Part shown: in pieces, positions 19,309 to 27,194 of the stretch
How positions within the stretch are numbered: position 1 is the first letter of the stretch
Layout of the letters: the number at the start of each line of letters is the position of its first letter
Assembly (NCBI GenBank): GCA_021801565.1
Contig: JAJYXV010000009.1
Location: 1-41,141, forward strand
DNA length: 41,141 nucleotides
Source of the DNA: a bacterium
Lineage (GTDB): Bacteria; Patescibacteriota; Minisyncoccia; UBA6257; GWB1-50-10
Direction of reading: 5' to 3'
Made by a program: the position numbers and the translations under genes
Notes under the pieces: model-generated
What the model was told of the DNA's origin: nothing
Database searches by the model: none
The model's input: only the letters and a program-made list of their open reading frames with translations

Positions 19309-20790
19309 ATGGATACGCACACGCTTACTATACATTCCCTTTCCCAGGGATTTCGCGAAAAGAAGTTTTCAGTGACAGAAATTACGAAATATTTTTTTGA
19401 AGAAATACAAAAAAAAGATAAGGATATTGGCGCCTATCTCTCTCTTATGAATGAGGAGGCGCTTGTTGAAGCAAAATATGCGGATGGGTTGTTTCATGAA
19501 AATAAGGTAACGTCTTTGCTTACAGGAATTCCTCTTGCGATCAAAGATAATATTCTTATTGAGGGAATCAAGACGACGGCAGCATCAAAAATATTGGAGC
19601 AGTATACTGCAAGTTATGATGCTACAGTCATCAAAAAATTAAAGGATGAACACGCAGTGTTTTTGGGAAAAACGAATCTTGATGAATTTGCAATGGGTTC
19701 TTCCACTGAAAATTCGGCATTTCACATTACGAAAAACCCACACGATTTTACACGGGTACCGGGAGGATCTTCTGGGGGATCTGCCGCGGCTGTTTCTGCG
19801 GGACTTGCAGTCGGTGCTCTCGGATCTGATACGGCGGGATCTGTTCGTCAGCCGGCGGCACTTTGCGGCGTGGTGGGGTTAAAGCCGACATATGGATCGG
19901 TGTCGCGCTTTGGCTTAATTGCGATGGCATCAAGTTTTGACCACGTCGGACCGATTACAAAAACAGTTGAAGATGCGGCGATATTGTATGACGCAATAAA
20001 GGGACATGATCCATTTGATGCAACAAGCATTTCTGAAGAACAATTATCGACAACACATCCGGATCCTCATTATATAAAGAAACTTGTTATAGGAATTCCA
20101 AAAGAATGTTTTGAATTTGAATTAGAAAAAGAAGTGAAAGAAGGAATTGAAAGGGCAATGGAAAAATTTAAGAGACTTGGATTTGTTTTGAAAGAAATTA
20201 GTCTCCCCCATATAAAATATTCTGTACCAGCGTATTATATTATCACTCCCGCTGAAGTGAGTGCGAACCTTGCTCGGTTTGATGGGATCAGATATGGAAA
20301 TATTCAAAATTTGAAATCTGTCCGTGCAGATGGACATCAAATTCTAAATCTTAAGGAGTTGTATGAAAAAAACAGAGGGACTGGGTTTGGTTCTGAGGCG
20401 AAGAGAAGAATTCTTTTAGGAACGTTTGTCCTTTCTGCCGGATATTATGACGCATATTATGGAAAAGCAAAAAAAATTCAGGAGTGTATTGCGGAAGATT
20501 TTGACAAGGCGTTTGATAATAAAACAGAAAATGGAGTTGATGTTATGTTTATGCCGACAACACCGACGCGGGCATTCAAAATCGGTGAAAAAACAGAAAA
20601 TCCGGTATCGATGTATCTTTCGGATATTTTCACCGTTCCGATGAATTTTGCGGGAGTGCCGGCGCTTTCACTTCCCGTGGAACGGTATGATCTAAAAAAG
20701 AAAGAATTGCCCGTGGGATTTCAGTTGGTGGGTAAAAAAATGCACGAGAGAGATATTCTCGGGCTTGGAATGTACTATGAAAGGAATTAA
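19309..20790 (+). CDS. gatA: Asp/Glu-tRNA amidotransferase subunit A
   Basis: Amidase signature GGSSGGSAAAV, GSDTAGSVRQPA, NLARFDGIRYG and RRILLGTFVLS. Confidence 0.96.
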   Translation: MDTHTLTIHSLSQGFREKKFSVTEITKYFFEEIQKKDKDIGAYLSLMNEEALVEAKYADGLFHENKVTSLLTGIPLAIKDNILIEGIKTTAASKILEQYTASYDATVIKKLKDEHAVFLGKTNLDEFAMGSSTENSAFHITKNPHDFTRVPGGSSGGSAAAVSAGLAVGALGSDTAGSVRQPAALCGVVGLKPTYGSVSRFGLIAMASSFDHVGPITKTVEDAAILYDAIKGHDPFDATSISEEQLSTTHPDPHYIKKLVIGIPKECFEFELEKEVKEGIERAMEKFKRLGFVLKEISLPHIKYSVPAYYIITPAEVSANLARFDGIRYGNIQNLKSVRADGHQILNLKELYEKNRGTGFGSEAKRRILLGTFVLSAGYYDAYYGKAKKIQECIAEDFDKAFDNKTENGVDVMFMPTTPTRAFKIGEKTENPVSMYLSDIFTVPMNFAGVPALSLPVERYDLKKKELPVGFQLVGKKMHERDILGLGMYYERN

Positions 20791-21476
20791 TCCTTTTTAT
20801 TGTGAAGTATCTTTTCCGCTCTTTTAATATCTTCCGGTGTTGCAACAGGAAACCAGAAATTTCCCATAATTGCCTTTATTGCATGTTCTTTTGCCATATT
20901 ATGTATCGCTAAAGAAAGATAAAATTCCCCATTCTCATGTTGCGTCGGGGGATATAAAAATATATTTTTATTCAGCACCACGCCATTCATAAGTGCGAGA
21001 TTTGACTTTGGATGTTCCGGCTTTTCTTCAATATCTTTTATATACATATGTTCATCGGTAATAGCGACGCCAAATTTTCTCGGATCTTCCACCTTATAAA
21101 CCGCGATCGCAAGATCATGGGTGAGGAGATCGTCAACTGTTTTTTTGTCAATGAGATCATCGGCATAGAAAAGACAAAATGATTCATTTTTATTGAGATA
21201 GGGTTCGCATAATTTAACTGCATGAAATGTGCCTAATTTTTCCGGTTGCGTAATATAAGTAATTTTTCGTCCTAAATATTCACTTCCTATCGCTTCTTTT
21301 ATTTTATTTCCAAGATATCCAACAACAAGAATAATTTCATTAACACGCGACGGAAATTTTTCTATAAGATGGTGGAGTAGTGAAGTTCCATTAACAGTCA
21401 CCAGTGGTTTTGGTATGGTGAGCGTGAGTGGGCGCATGCGCACCCCCTCTCCTGCGGCTAATATAACTGCTTTCAT
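20787..21476 (-). CDS. Sugar-phosphate nucleotidyltransferase (NTP_transferase family)
   Basis: MKAVILAAGEGVRMRPLT..PKPL. Start moved to 21476 because the longer ORF overlaps tRNA-Asp. Confidence 0.9.
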   Translation of the reverse strand: MKAVILAAGEGVRMRPLTLTIPKPLVTVNGTSLLHHLIEKFPSRVNEIILVVGYLGNKIKEAIGSEYLGRKITYITQPEKLGTFHAVKLCEPYLNKNESFCLFYADDLIDKKTVDDLLTHDLAIAVYKVEDPRKFGVAITDEHMYIKDIEEKPEHPKSNLALMNGVVLNKNIFLYPPTQHENGEFYLSLAIHNMAKEHAIKAIMGNFWFPVATPEDIKRAEKILHNKKD

Positions 21477-21490
21477 ATGATTTTTATTTG

Positions 21491-21564
21491 CGCGGGCGAT
21501 GGGACTTGAACCCACGACCTTCTGCGTGACAGGCAGACGCTCTAACCAACTGAGCTACGCCCGC
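21491..21564 (-). tRNA. tRNA-Asp(GTC)
   Basis: Cloverleaf GCGGGCG/CGCCCGC, anticodon arm TCTGC-CTGTCAC-GCAGA, GGTTCAAGTCC T-arm, G73; CCA not encoded. Confidence 0.95.
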
Positions 21565-21628
21565 AAACCTTTTCTAGTTTATCAATATTTCTCTTTTTTG
21601 CAATTTGGATTAATTTTTACTAAATCCG

Positions 21629-21701
21629 TAGCGGAGGTGGGAATTGAACCCACGACCTAACGCTTATGAAGCGCTCGCTCTAACCACTGAGCTACTCCGC
21701 C
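21629..21701 (-). tRNA. tRNA-Met(CAT), probably elongator (Ile2 not excluded)
   Basis: GGCGGAG/CTCCGCT acceptor with G2-C71 and C3-G70; anticodon arm AGCGC-TTCATAA-GCGTT. Confidence 0.9.
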
Positions 21702-21726
21702 ATAAGGAGGAATATATCCTCCCTTT

Positions 21727-22209
21727 TTATTTTTTTATGTACAAGTCTTCTATTTTTTTCTGTTTGTTTTCGTTGAATTCATTTCGTTCTTTTTCGCTCA
21801 TCTTATTCCACTTTTCAGCATCTACGTGTTCGTGTATGATTTTTACAACTTTTTTTCCGATCTTTCCAGGAAGGAAATTTCTTTTCGTTGATTTTATTTC
21901 ATTTAAATTTTCTTCACCGCTTTCTTTTTCTTTGTCTATGGAATCAATAAATTCGTTTGTATCTTCGTTGTTTGAATATTGCTCATCCAGTTCATCGCGT
22001 GAGATATGGTATTCTTTTTTTGCTTCGTCGTAGACTCTTGGGAATTCTTTCTTTTTTTCCTCGAAACCATTTAGGAGGTCGGTATCTTCTGTTTGATTTT
22101 CTTCTCGAATTTCATCAAGCTCTATTTTTCCTTCTTCTCCTCGGTCTGTTTGTTCTTTTATAACAACATGTGGTTCTTCAAACGGATTTTTTTCTTTTGG
22201 CATATACAT
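21727..22209 (-). CDS. Hypothetical highly charged (E/K-rich) protein
   Basis: 160-aa ORF lying between two same-strand tRNAs; no recognisable motif. Confidence 0.65.
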   Translation of the reverse strand: MYMPKEKNPFEEPHVVIKEQTDRGEEGKIELDEIREENQTEDTDLLNGFEEKKKEFPRVYDEAKKEYHISRDELDEQYSNNEDTNEFIDSIDKEKESGEENLNEIKSTKRNFLPGKIGKKVVKIIHEHVDAEKWNKMSEKERNEFNENKQKKIEDLYIKK

Positions 22210-22271
22210 AGCAGATTTTATTTACATTCGACTTTTAAACCCGGTTTTATCAAATTAGAATTAATTTTTTG

Positions 22272-22343
22272 TTGCGGGGGTTGGAATTGAACCAACTACC
22301 TCAAGGTTATGAGCCTTGCGAGCAACCGTTACTCTTCCCCGCG
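22272..22343 (-). tRNA. Initiator tRNA-fMet(CAT)
   Basis: CGCGGGG/CCCCGCA with C1:A72 mismatch; anticodon arm CAAGG-CTCATAA-CCTTG. Confidence 0.92.
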
Positions 22344-22461
22344 GAACCATAATAACAGAAAAATGCTCCACTGTGCAAGTAAAACCTCGATTTTATGACG
22401 AGGGAGGGCTCAATATATGAAATTTGATTCTCCAGAATAAATTATGTATACTGTCTCTACA

Positions 22462-22506
22462 ATGAAAAAAGTCGCAAAGAAATTTTTTAGATTTTTCTTT
22501 ACCTAG
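22462..22506 (+). CDS. Phe-rich leader peptide of pheS (PheM-like), MKKVAKKFFRFFFT
   Basis: 14 codons, five of them Phe within FFRFFF, directly upstream of PheRS; TATACT -10 box at 22447-22452. Confidence 0.85.
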   Translation: MKKVAKKFFRFFFT

Positions 22507-22574
22507 CTCATACTGGGGGTTCTTTTCTCATAGTGTCTACATGTGAACCCCTTGTATCAAGAGGGTTTTTATTT
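22501..22574 (+). promoter_or_regulatory. Ribosome-mediated transcription attenuator (antiterminator/terminator)
   Basis: gggggttc (22515-22522) can pair with gaacccc (22545-22551), which is also the 5' arm of terminator aaccccttg-tat-caagagggtt followed by a T-rich tract. Confidence 0.8.
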
Positions 22575-22576
22575 GT

Positions 22577-23740
22577 ATGGAATTCTACGAAAATTTATCA
22601 AAGCTTCGTTTACATATAACTTCGCCTGATGAAGCACGGTTGCGCGAGGAGCTCAAAAAAAAGGACGATGCGGACAGTATGCGTTTAACACGCTTTCTTG
22701 CACTTTCTGACCAAACACGTATTCAGGGACATCCGATATGTGAGGTTGCAACGCGTATTTTCGGGATACCTGAATTTCAAAATTTTGACCATATCCAAGT
22801 TCCTGAAATTGTTCGCGCAGATCAAAGTTTTGATTTATTTAATTTTCCACCCGACCATCCAGCGCGAAGTGCATCGGACACATATTTTGTGAATAGTGAA
22901 TATATTCTCCGAACGCATACGACTATTATGTGGTATTACTACGTGAAATCGAAAGAGATACAAGAGAGGATAAAAAATAACCAACCACTTGGCTCTCTTT
23001 CGTATGGAAAAGTATACCGCAAAGATGAAATTGATCGCTTTCACTTGAATGTCTTCCATCAGATTGATGGGTGGTATTTACACCCCACAAGTGACAAGAT
23101 AGTTCCCTTTGATGAGTTGAAAAATATTCTTGGGAAAATTGCGAGGGCAATTTTTGGGGAAGACACTAAATTTCGTTTCAATGAAGACACATTTCCTTAC
23201 ACGGATCCGAGTGTTGAGATGGAAATTGAAAGAAATGGACAGTGGATTGAGGTATTGGGAGGAGGAATGGTGCGTCCTGTCGTGCTTCAAAAACTTGGTG
23301 TTGATCCAAATCAATACACTGGATGGGCATTTGGATTTGGTGCAGAACGGCTTGCCATTGTGAGTATGGAGCTTCCTGATATTCGCCTACTTCGTTCGGA
23401 AGATCCTCGAGTGAAAAAACAATTGATGCTTGGAAATAAATACAAAGAAGTAAGTAAGTTTCCTCCGATTACGAGAGATATTTCATTTGTGGTAGGAAAA
23501 GATTTTTTTGTAAATCAATATTATGATGTGATACGAGATATCGGAGGCGATCTTATTGAGGAAGTGCAATTACTTGATAAATATGAAGACGAGAAAAAAT
23601 TCGGGCCGAATCGCGTAAGTTATACATTTCGTGCGGTGTATCGATCGAATGATCGTACACTTGTGTCCGAAGAGGTTGATAAGCTTCAAGATAAACTTTA
23701 CAAGGAAACCGTATCTCAATTTGGAGCGGAATTAAGGTAA
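22577..23740 (+). CDS. pheS: Single-chain phenylalanine-tRNA ligase (alpha catalytic domain fused to FDX-ACB anticodon-binding domain)
   Basis: HPARSASDTY, LRTHTT, YRKDEID..H..VFHQ, FPYTDPS.E and GWAFGFGAERLA, followed by SKFPPITRDISF...YRSNDRTL (B8/FDX-ACB). Confidence 0.92.
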   Translation: MEFYENLSKLRLHITSPDEARLREELKKKDDADSMRLTRFLALSDQTRIQGHPICEVATRIFGIPEFQNFDHIQVPEIVRADQSFDLFNFPPDHPARSASDTYFVNSEYILRTHTTIMWYYYVKSKEIQERIKNNQPLGSLSYGKVYRKDEIDRFHLNVFHQIDGWYLHPTSDKIVPFDELKNILGKIARAIFGEDTKFRFNEDTFPYTDPSVEMEIERNGQWIEVLGGGMVRPVVLQKLGVDPNQYTGWAFGFGAERLAIVSMELPDIRLLRSEDPRVKKQLMLGNKYKEVSKFPPITRDISFVVGKDFFVNQYYDVIRDIGGDLIEEVQLLDKYEDEKKFGPNRVSYTFRAVYRSNDRTLVSEEVDKLQDKLYKETVSQFGAELR

Positions 23741-23961
23741 ACGAAAGACTAAAGACCCAAGGCTGAAGACAAAAGATAAAAAAAGAGAAGATTAAAAACA
23801 GGGAAAAAATTTTCTTGCAGTTTTCTCTTTTTTTTGCGAAAGTTAGAGATGTATTGCCCCGATAGTTTCCGCCCCAGGCGGACCAGCCTTGGGCTGGCAA
23901 TATCTGATGGAATATTCTTATTTTATCGTAGTGTGATGGTCAGCGTAGATTTAAGTACTAT

Positions 23962-24033
23962 GCCCCGATAGTTCAATGGATAGAACAGGGCTCTTCTAAG
24001 GCCTTAATGTGGGTTCGATTCCTACTCGGGGTA
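23962..24033 (+). tRNA. tRNA-Arg(TCT)
   Basis: GCCCCGA/TCGGGGT acceptor, GGGCT-CTTCTAA-GGCCT anticodon arm, GGTTCGATTCC T-arm. Confidence 0.93.
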
Positions 24034-24036
24034 CAA

Positions 24037-24077
24037 AAACAAATAACTCCGTACTAAAAGTACGGAGTTATTTGTTT
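24037..24077 (+). terminator. Terminator hairpin after tRNA-Arg
   Basis: aaacaaataactccgtact-aaa-agtacggagttatttgttt perfect stem. Confidence 0.8.
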
Positions 24078-24086
24078 ATTGATTTT

Positions 24087-24423
24087 GCAGGAATGGAAGG
24101 GAACCCGAATGCCTCCATTGGAGGATAAAGTGAGGGTCCCAGGCTTCGGAGGAATCCTGAGTGAAGTCGAAGGATGGGGGAGAAGGATTCCTACTCGGGG
24201 TACAAAAAACATAAACATCGCATTTTTGCGGTGTTTATGTTTTATCCCCGAAGTAAGTATATCTTGCGTGCGGAATCGAAGGACGTCCGCCTGCCGTCGG
24301 GCAGGGAGCGATGTGTATTTAGTAGAATACACTGTGAGTCCAGGCTCGAAACCTTTTTGAGCGACGGCGAAAAAAGAGTTGAGAGGGTTCCCTGTCTGCG
24401 CGGACAGGCTGCTCGTGGTACCA
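24087..24423. repeat. Two tandem tRNA-Arg 3'-end repeat units with structured cassettes
   Basis: gattcctactcggggtacaaaaa at 24186-24208 equals 24017-24039; degenerate copy at 24386-24423; inverted T-arm copies at 24087-24098 and about 24270-24280. Confidence 0.8.
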
Positions 24424-24492
24424 AATAGTTGCTTTTCTAGAATATTAGTGGTATGGTGTTTTCAGAAATTTCACTCATAAAAAGGAGGTGTT

Positions 24493-24726
24493 ATGGGAAC
24501 CATAACAGTGACCATTAATACTGAAATAAACGATCTTCTACAGAAACTTGCCTTAGAGAGCGAGAAAACAGACAAAGAACTAGTTGAGGAATTAATCAAA
24601 AAAGAAGATGAAAAAAGGCACGTAACAGTTGTTCCTTTTGAGGGAGAGAAAAGATTCAAATGTACATGCAAAAAGTGTTTTGAAACACAAACTAGATCAA
24701 CGGAGATTATTGAAGAGGGAAATTAA
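24493..24726 (+). CDS. Small hypothetical protein (ribbon-helix-helix-like N-terminus, CxCxxC)
   Basis: Strong SD aaggaggt; 77 aa; followed by a terminator hairpin. Confidence 0.6.
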   Translation: MGTITVTINTEINDLLQKLALESEKTDKELVEELIKKEDEKRHVTVVPFEGEKRFKCTCKKCFETQTRSTEIIEEGN

Positions 24727-24793
24727 AAAATAAAATACCCGGCGAATAAAAACGGGTATTTTTATTTCATACGCGGGTATTTATATGTGAAGC

Positions 24794-25564
24794 TTATTTT
24801 CTCATTCTGAAGAGACTTATAAGAAAGAAAAACGTGCTAATGAATACTGTCGCAACACCTGGATTAATTGAGCGAGTGAAGTATGAAACAATTATTCCTC
24901 CGAGAAGTGAAATAGTTGCAATACACATACTCCACCACACATACATTTTGAGATTTCTCGAAAGATTGCGTGCAGTAACAGCGGGAATAATAGAAAGAGC
25001 GCTCATAAGAAGTACCCCTACAAATCCGATACCGATAGAAATAGTGAGTGCAATAAGTACAAGGAGAAGAAGTTCTAATTTTGTCCGTGCTATTTTCTCC
25101 GAGTAGGTGAGGTCTGGAGCGATTGAGACGAGCATGAGTGATTTGAAGTTTTTTGCGACAATGCCAATGATACCGAGCGCAATAATTGTTTGAATAAGAA
25201 GCTGTATTGAGGAGATATTTTCAACACTTCCAAAGAATGCTTCAAGAAGATCGGTTTCGCTGATAAGTATTGATCCTATTGCAAGTGCGGTCACAAAAAG
25301 AACTCCAGTGATTGATTCGGTTGCCAGTTTGGTTTTATTTTCTATTCTCCAAATGAGAAGGATAGAAAGAAAAAGAAATATAAGCCCGCCGATAATCGGT
25401 TCAAATTTAAAAATGACTCCGAGCGCGATACCGGGAAGTGCAACATGAGAGAGCGCATCGCTCATGAGTGTCATTTTTTTAAGCACGAGGAATGAGCCAA
25501 TAAGCCCACTTGCAACAGCGACAAATGCCCCGGAGATGAGTGTGTAAATAAAATAATCAGTCAT
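24794..25564 (-). CDS. Zn/Mn ABC transporter permease (ZnuB/MntB family)
   Basis: DALSHVALPG and VGVLLMSALSIIPAVTAR motifs; polytopic membrane protein. Confidence 0.92.
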   Translation of the reverse strand: MTDYFIYTLISGAFVAVASGLIGSFLVLKKMTLMSDALSHVALPGIALGVIFKFEPIIGGLIFLFLSILLIWRIENKTKLATESITGVLFVTALAIGSILISETDLLEAFFGSVENISSIQLLIQTIIALGIIGIVAKNFKSLMLVSIAPDLTYSEKIARTKLELLLLVLIALTISIGIGFVGVLLMSALSIIPAVTARNLSRNLKMYVWWSMCIATISLLGGIIVSYFTRSINPGVATVFISTFFFLISLFRMRK

Positions 25565-25566
25565 AA

Positions 25567-26265
25567 TTAATGAGTATGATGAAATAATGTATGTGTGTCG
25601 AAAAGCTCTTTTATTTTTTGTTCGGTGAGTGCTTCATAGGGCGCTCCATAACAAAGCATTTTTTGGTTGAGGCAAAGCACTTGGTCCGCATAGCGATATA
25701 CGAGATTCAAATCATGCGAAACAATAATGAGCGCCACATGAAGTGTTTCTTGAAGCTCGTGAAGAAGCCGATAAATTGACTCTTGTCCTGCAATATCCAC
25801 GTTTTCCATTGGTTCATCAAAGAGAAGTATTTCTGGTTTGTCGAGAATTGCCCACGCAAGGAGTATTTTTTGTAATTGTCCGCTCGAAAGATGGGCAAGA
25901 TTTTTTTTGCGCCATCCTTTTTCTATTTTTATAAGAGAAAAGACTTCACTCAGCGAATATTTTGGATTTTTTTTAAGCGAAAGAAATTCTTCTATTGTCA
26001 TAGGGAGGTAATGATCCACCTGAAATCGTTGTGGGAGATATCCAACTTTTGTTTCGGGTGCCCATGTGATAGTTCCCGACGTCGGGATATTGATTCCTAC
26101 AAGAGTTTTCAAAAGCATTGATTTTCCCGATCCATTCGGACCGATGATCGCAAGCACTTCCTCAGGTTTTATTTCAAATGAAATATCGGTAAGAATCTTT
26201 TTCTCATCAATTATGAGAGATAGATTCTCTACTTTAAGTACTTGTTTTGTGTCTTTTTGTTCCAT
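25567..26265 (-). CDS. Zn/Mn ABC transporter ATP-binding protein (ZnuC family)
   Basis: GPNGSGKS, GYLPQ, LSSGQLQK, FDEP, VSHDL and a His-rich tail. Confidence 0.92.
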   Translation of the reverse strand: MEQKDTKQVLKVENLSLIIDEKKILTDISFEIKPEEVLAIIGPNGSGKSMLLKTLVGINIPTSGTITWAPETKVGYLPQRFQVDHYLPMTIEEFLSLKKNPKYSLSEVFSLIKIEKGWRKKNLAHLSSGQLQKILLAWAILDKPEILLFDEPMENVDIAGQESIYRLLHELQETLHVALIIVSHDLNLVYRYADQVLCLNQKMLCYGAPYEALTEQKIKELFDTHTLFHHTH

Positions 26266-26391
26266 AATTTATCCGTCTATGTTGGTTAAGTATAACATGT
26301 ATTGTTCTCTTAAATAAATTATCTCTTTTCATAATTGAAAAACGAAAATGTGTGTGGTATTCTCGAATATGAAGAAATTAACAATTGAAAT

Positions 26392-26463
26392 GCCGCGGTA
26401 GCTCAGTGGTAGAGCGCAGCCCTGAAGAGGCTGGCGTCGGGTGTTCGATTCACCCCCGCGGCA
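26392..26463 (+). tRNA. tRNA-Phe(GAA)
   Basis: GCCGCGG/CCGCGGC acceptor; CAGCC-CTGAAGA-GGCTG anticodon arm. Confidence 0.95.
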
Positions 26464-26552
26464 CATTCGACAAGCTCAGTGCGAGCACAAAAAAATCCGC
26501 CATTTGGCGGATTTTGTTTTGTCGGAGAGCACACAAACTGCTTTGTGTGCGT

Positions 26553-26715
26553 GGTGAATTGAACGCCGGAACGTTGTGCAACGAGCACGTTGCACCCGTG
26601 AGGCGGTGCCCAGACCAAATACGAGCGACGGCGAGTATTTGAGTCGCGGGCGATTCCCCGCCTGCGCAGATAGGATTCCCATGACACGTTCGACAGGCTC
26701 AATGCGGACACGAAA
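26553..26715. repeat. tRNA-Phe 3'-end repeat unit with structured cassette
   Basis: Inverted T-arm ggtgaattgaac at 26553-26564; degenerate direct copy of 26446-26491 at 26651-26715. Confidence 0.7.
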
Positions 26716-26797
26716 ACCCAGCCTATCCATGAATAGGCTGGGTTTTTAATTCGTATCATCCGCATAAATCGGTTACAATCAGCATATATCAGCGTCT

Positions 26798-27127
26798 ATG
26801 AACTTATTAAACAAAAAATGTGTGCCATGTGAAGGGGGAACAAAACCGATGACAAAAGAAGAATCGCAGAAATATCTTGCTGAAACGTTGGGGTGGAATA
26901 TGATCGAGGATGGGAAAAAGATTTCAAAAGAATTTGTATTTCCTGATTTTGTACGGGCAATAAAATTTATAAATAAAGTTGCTGAAATTGCCGAAGCGGA
27001 AGGGCATCATCCGGATCTCCATATTTTCTACAATAAAGTGCAAATCGAATTGTGGACACATGCGATTGGAGGACTTTCAGAAAATGACTTTATACTTGCA
27101 GCGAAGATAAATAATATAAGAAATTAG
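26798..27127 (+). CDS. Pterin-4-alpha-carbinolamine dehydratase
   Basis: KCVPCEGG, AEAEGHHPD and WTHAIGGLSENDFILAAKI motifs. Confidence 0.93.
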   Translation: MNLLNKKCVPCEGGTKPMTKEESQKYLAETLGWNMIEDGKKISKEFVFPDFVRAIKFINKVAEIAEAEGHHPDLHIFYNKVQIELWTHAIGGLSENDFILAAKINNIRN

Positions 27128-27194
27128 ACTTGTGTTTATAGACTGTTTTTATTAATCTGAGAATAGAAAATTAACTTTCAAAGGAGAAATAAAA

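Noticed and set aside
21644-22033. 129-aa plus-strand ORF, and the N-terminal extension of the nucleotidyltransferase to 21515
   Set aside because: They overlap tRNA-Met and tRNA-Asp or are antisense to the 21727-22209 ORF; shadow frames.
24017-24423. Possible CRISPR array (repeated 23-mer)
   Set aside because: The repeat is the tRNA 3' end, the spacing is about 170-200 bp, and there are no cas genes in the window.
24054-24428. Four overlapping short ORFs after tRNA-Arg
   Set aside because: They are translations of GC-rich repeat cassettes with no protein motif or start signal.
26266-26391. Zur/Fur box or metal riboswitch upstream of the Zn/Mn ABC genes
   Set aside because: Only an extended -10 (TGtTATACT) is visible; no convincing palindrome or aptamer.
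26385-26765. ORFs across tRNA-Phe and its downstream repeat
   Set aside because: They overlap the tRNA and the structured repeat; not credible CDSs.
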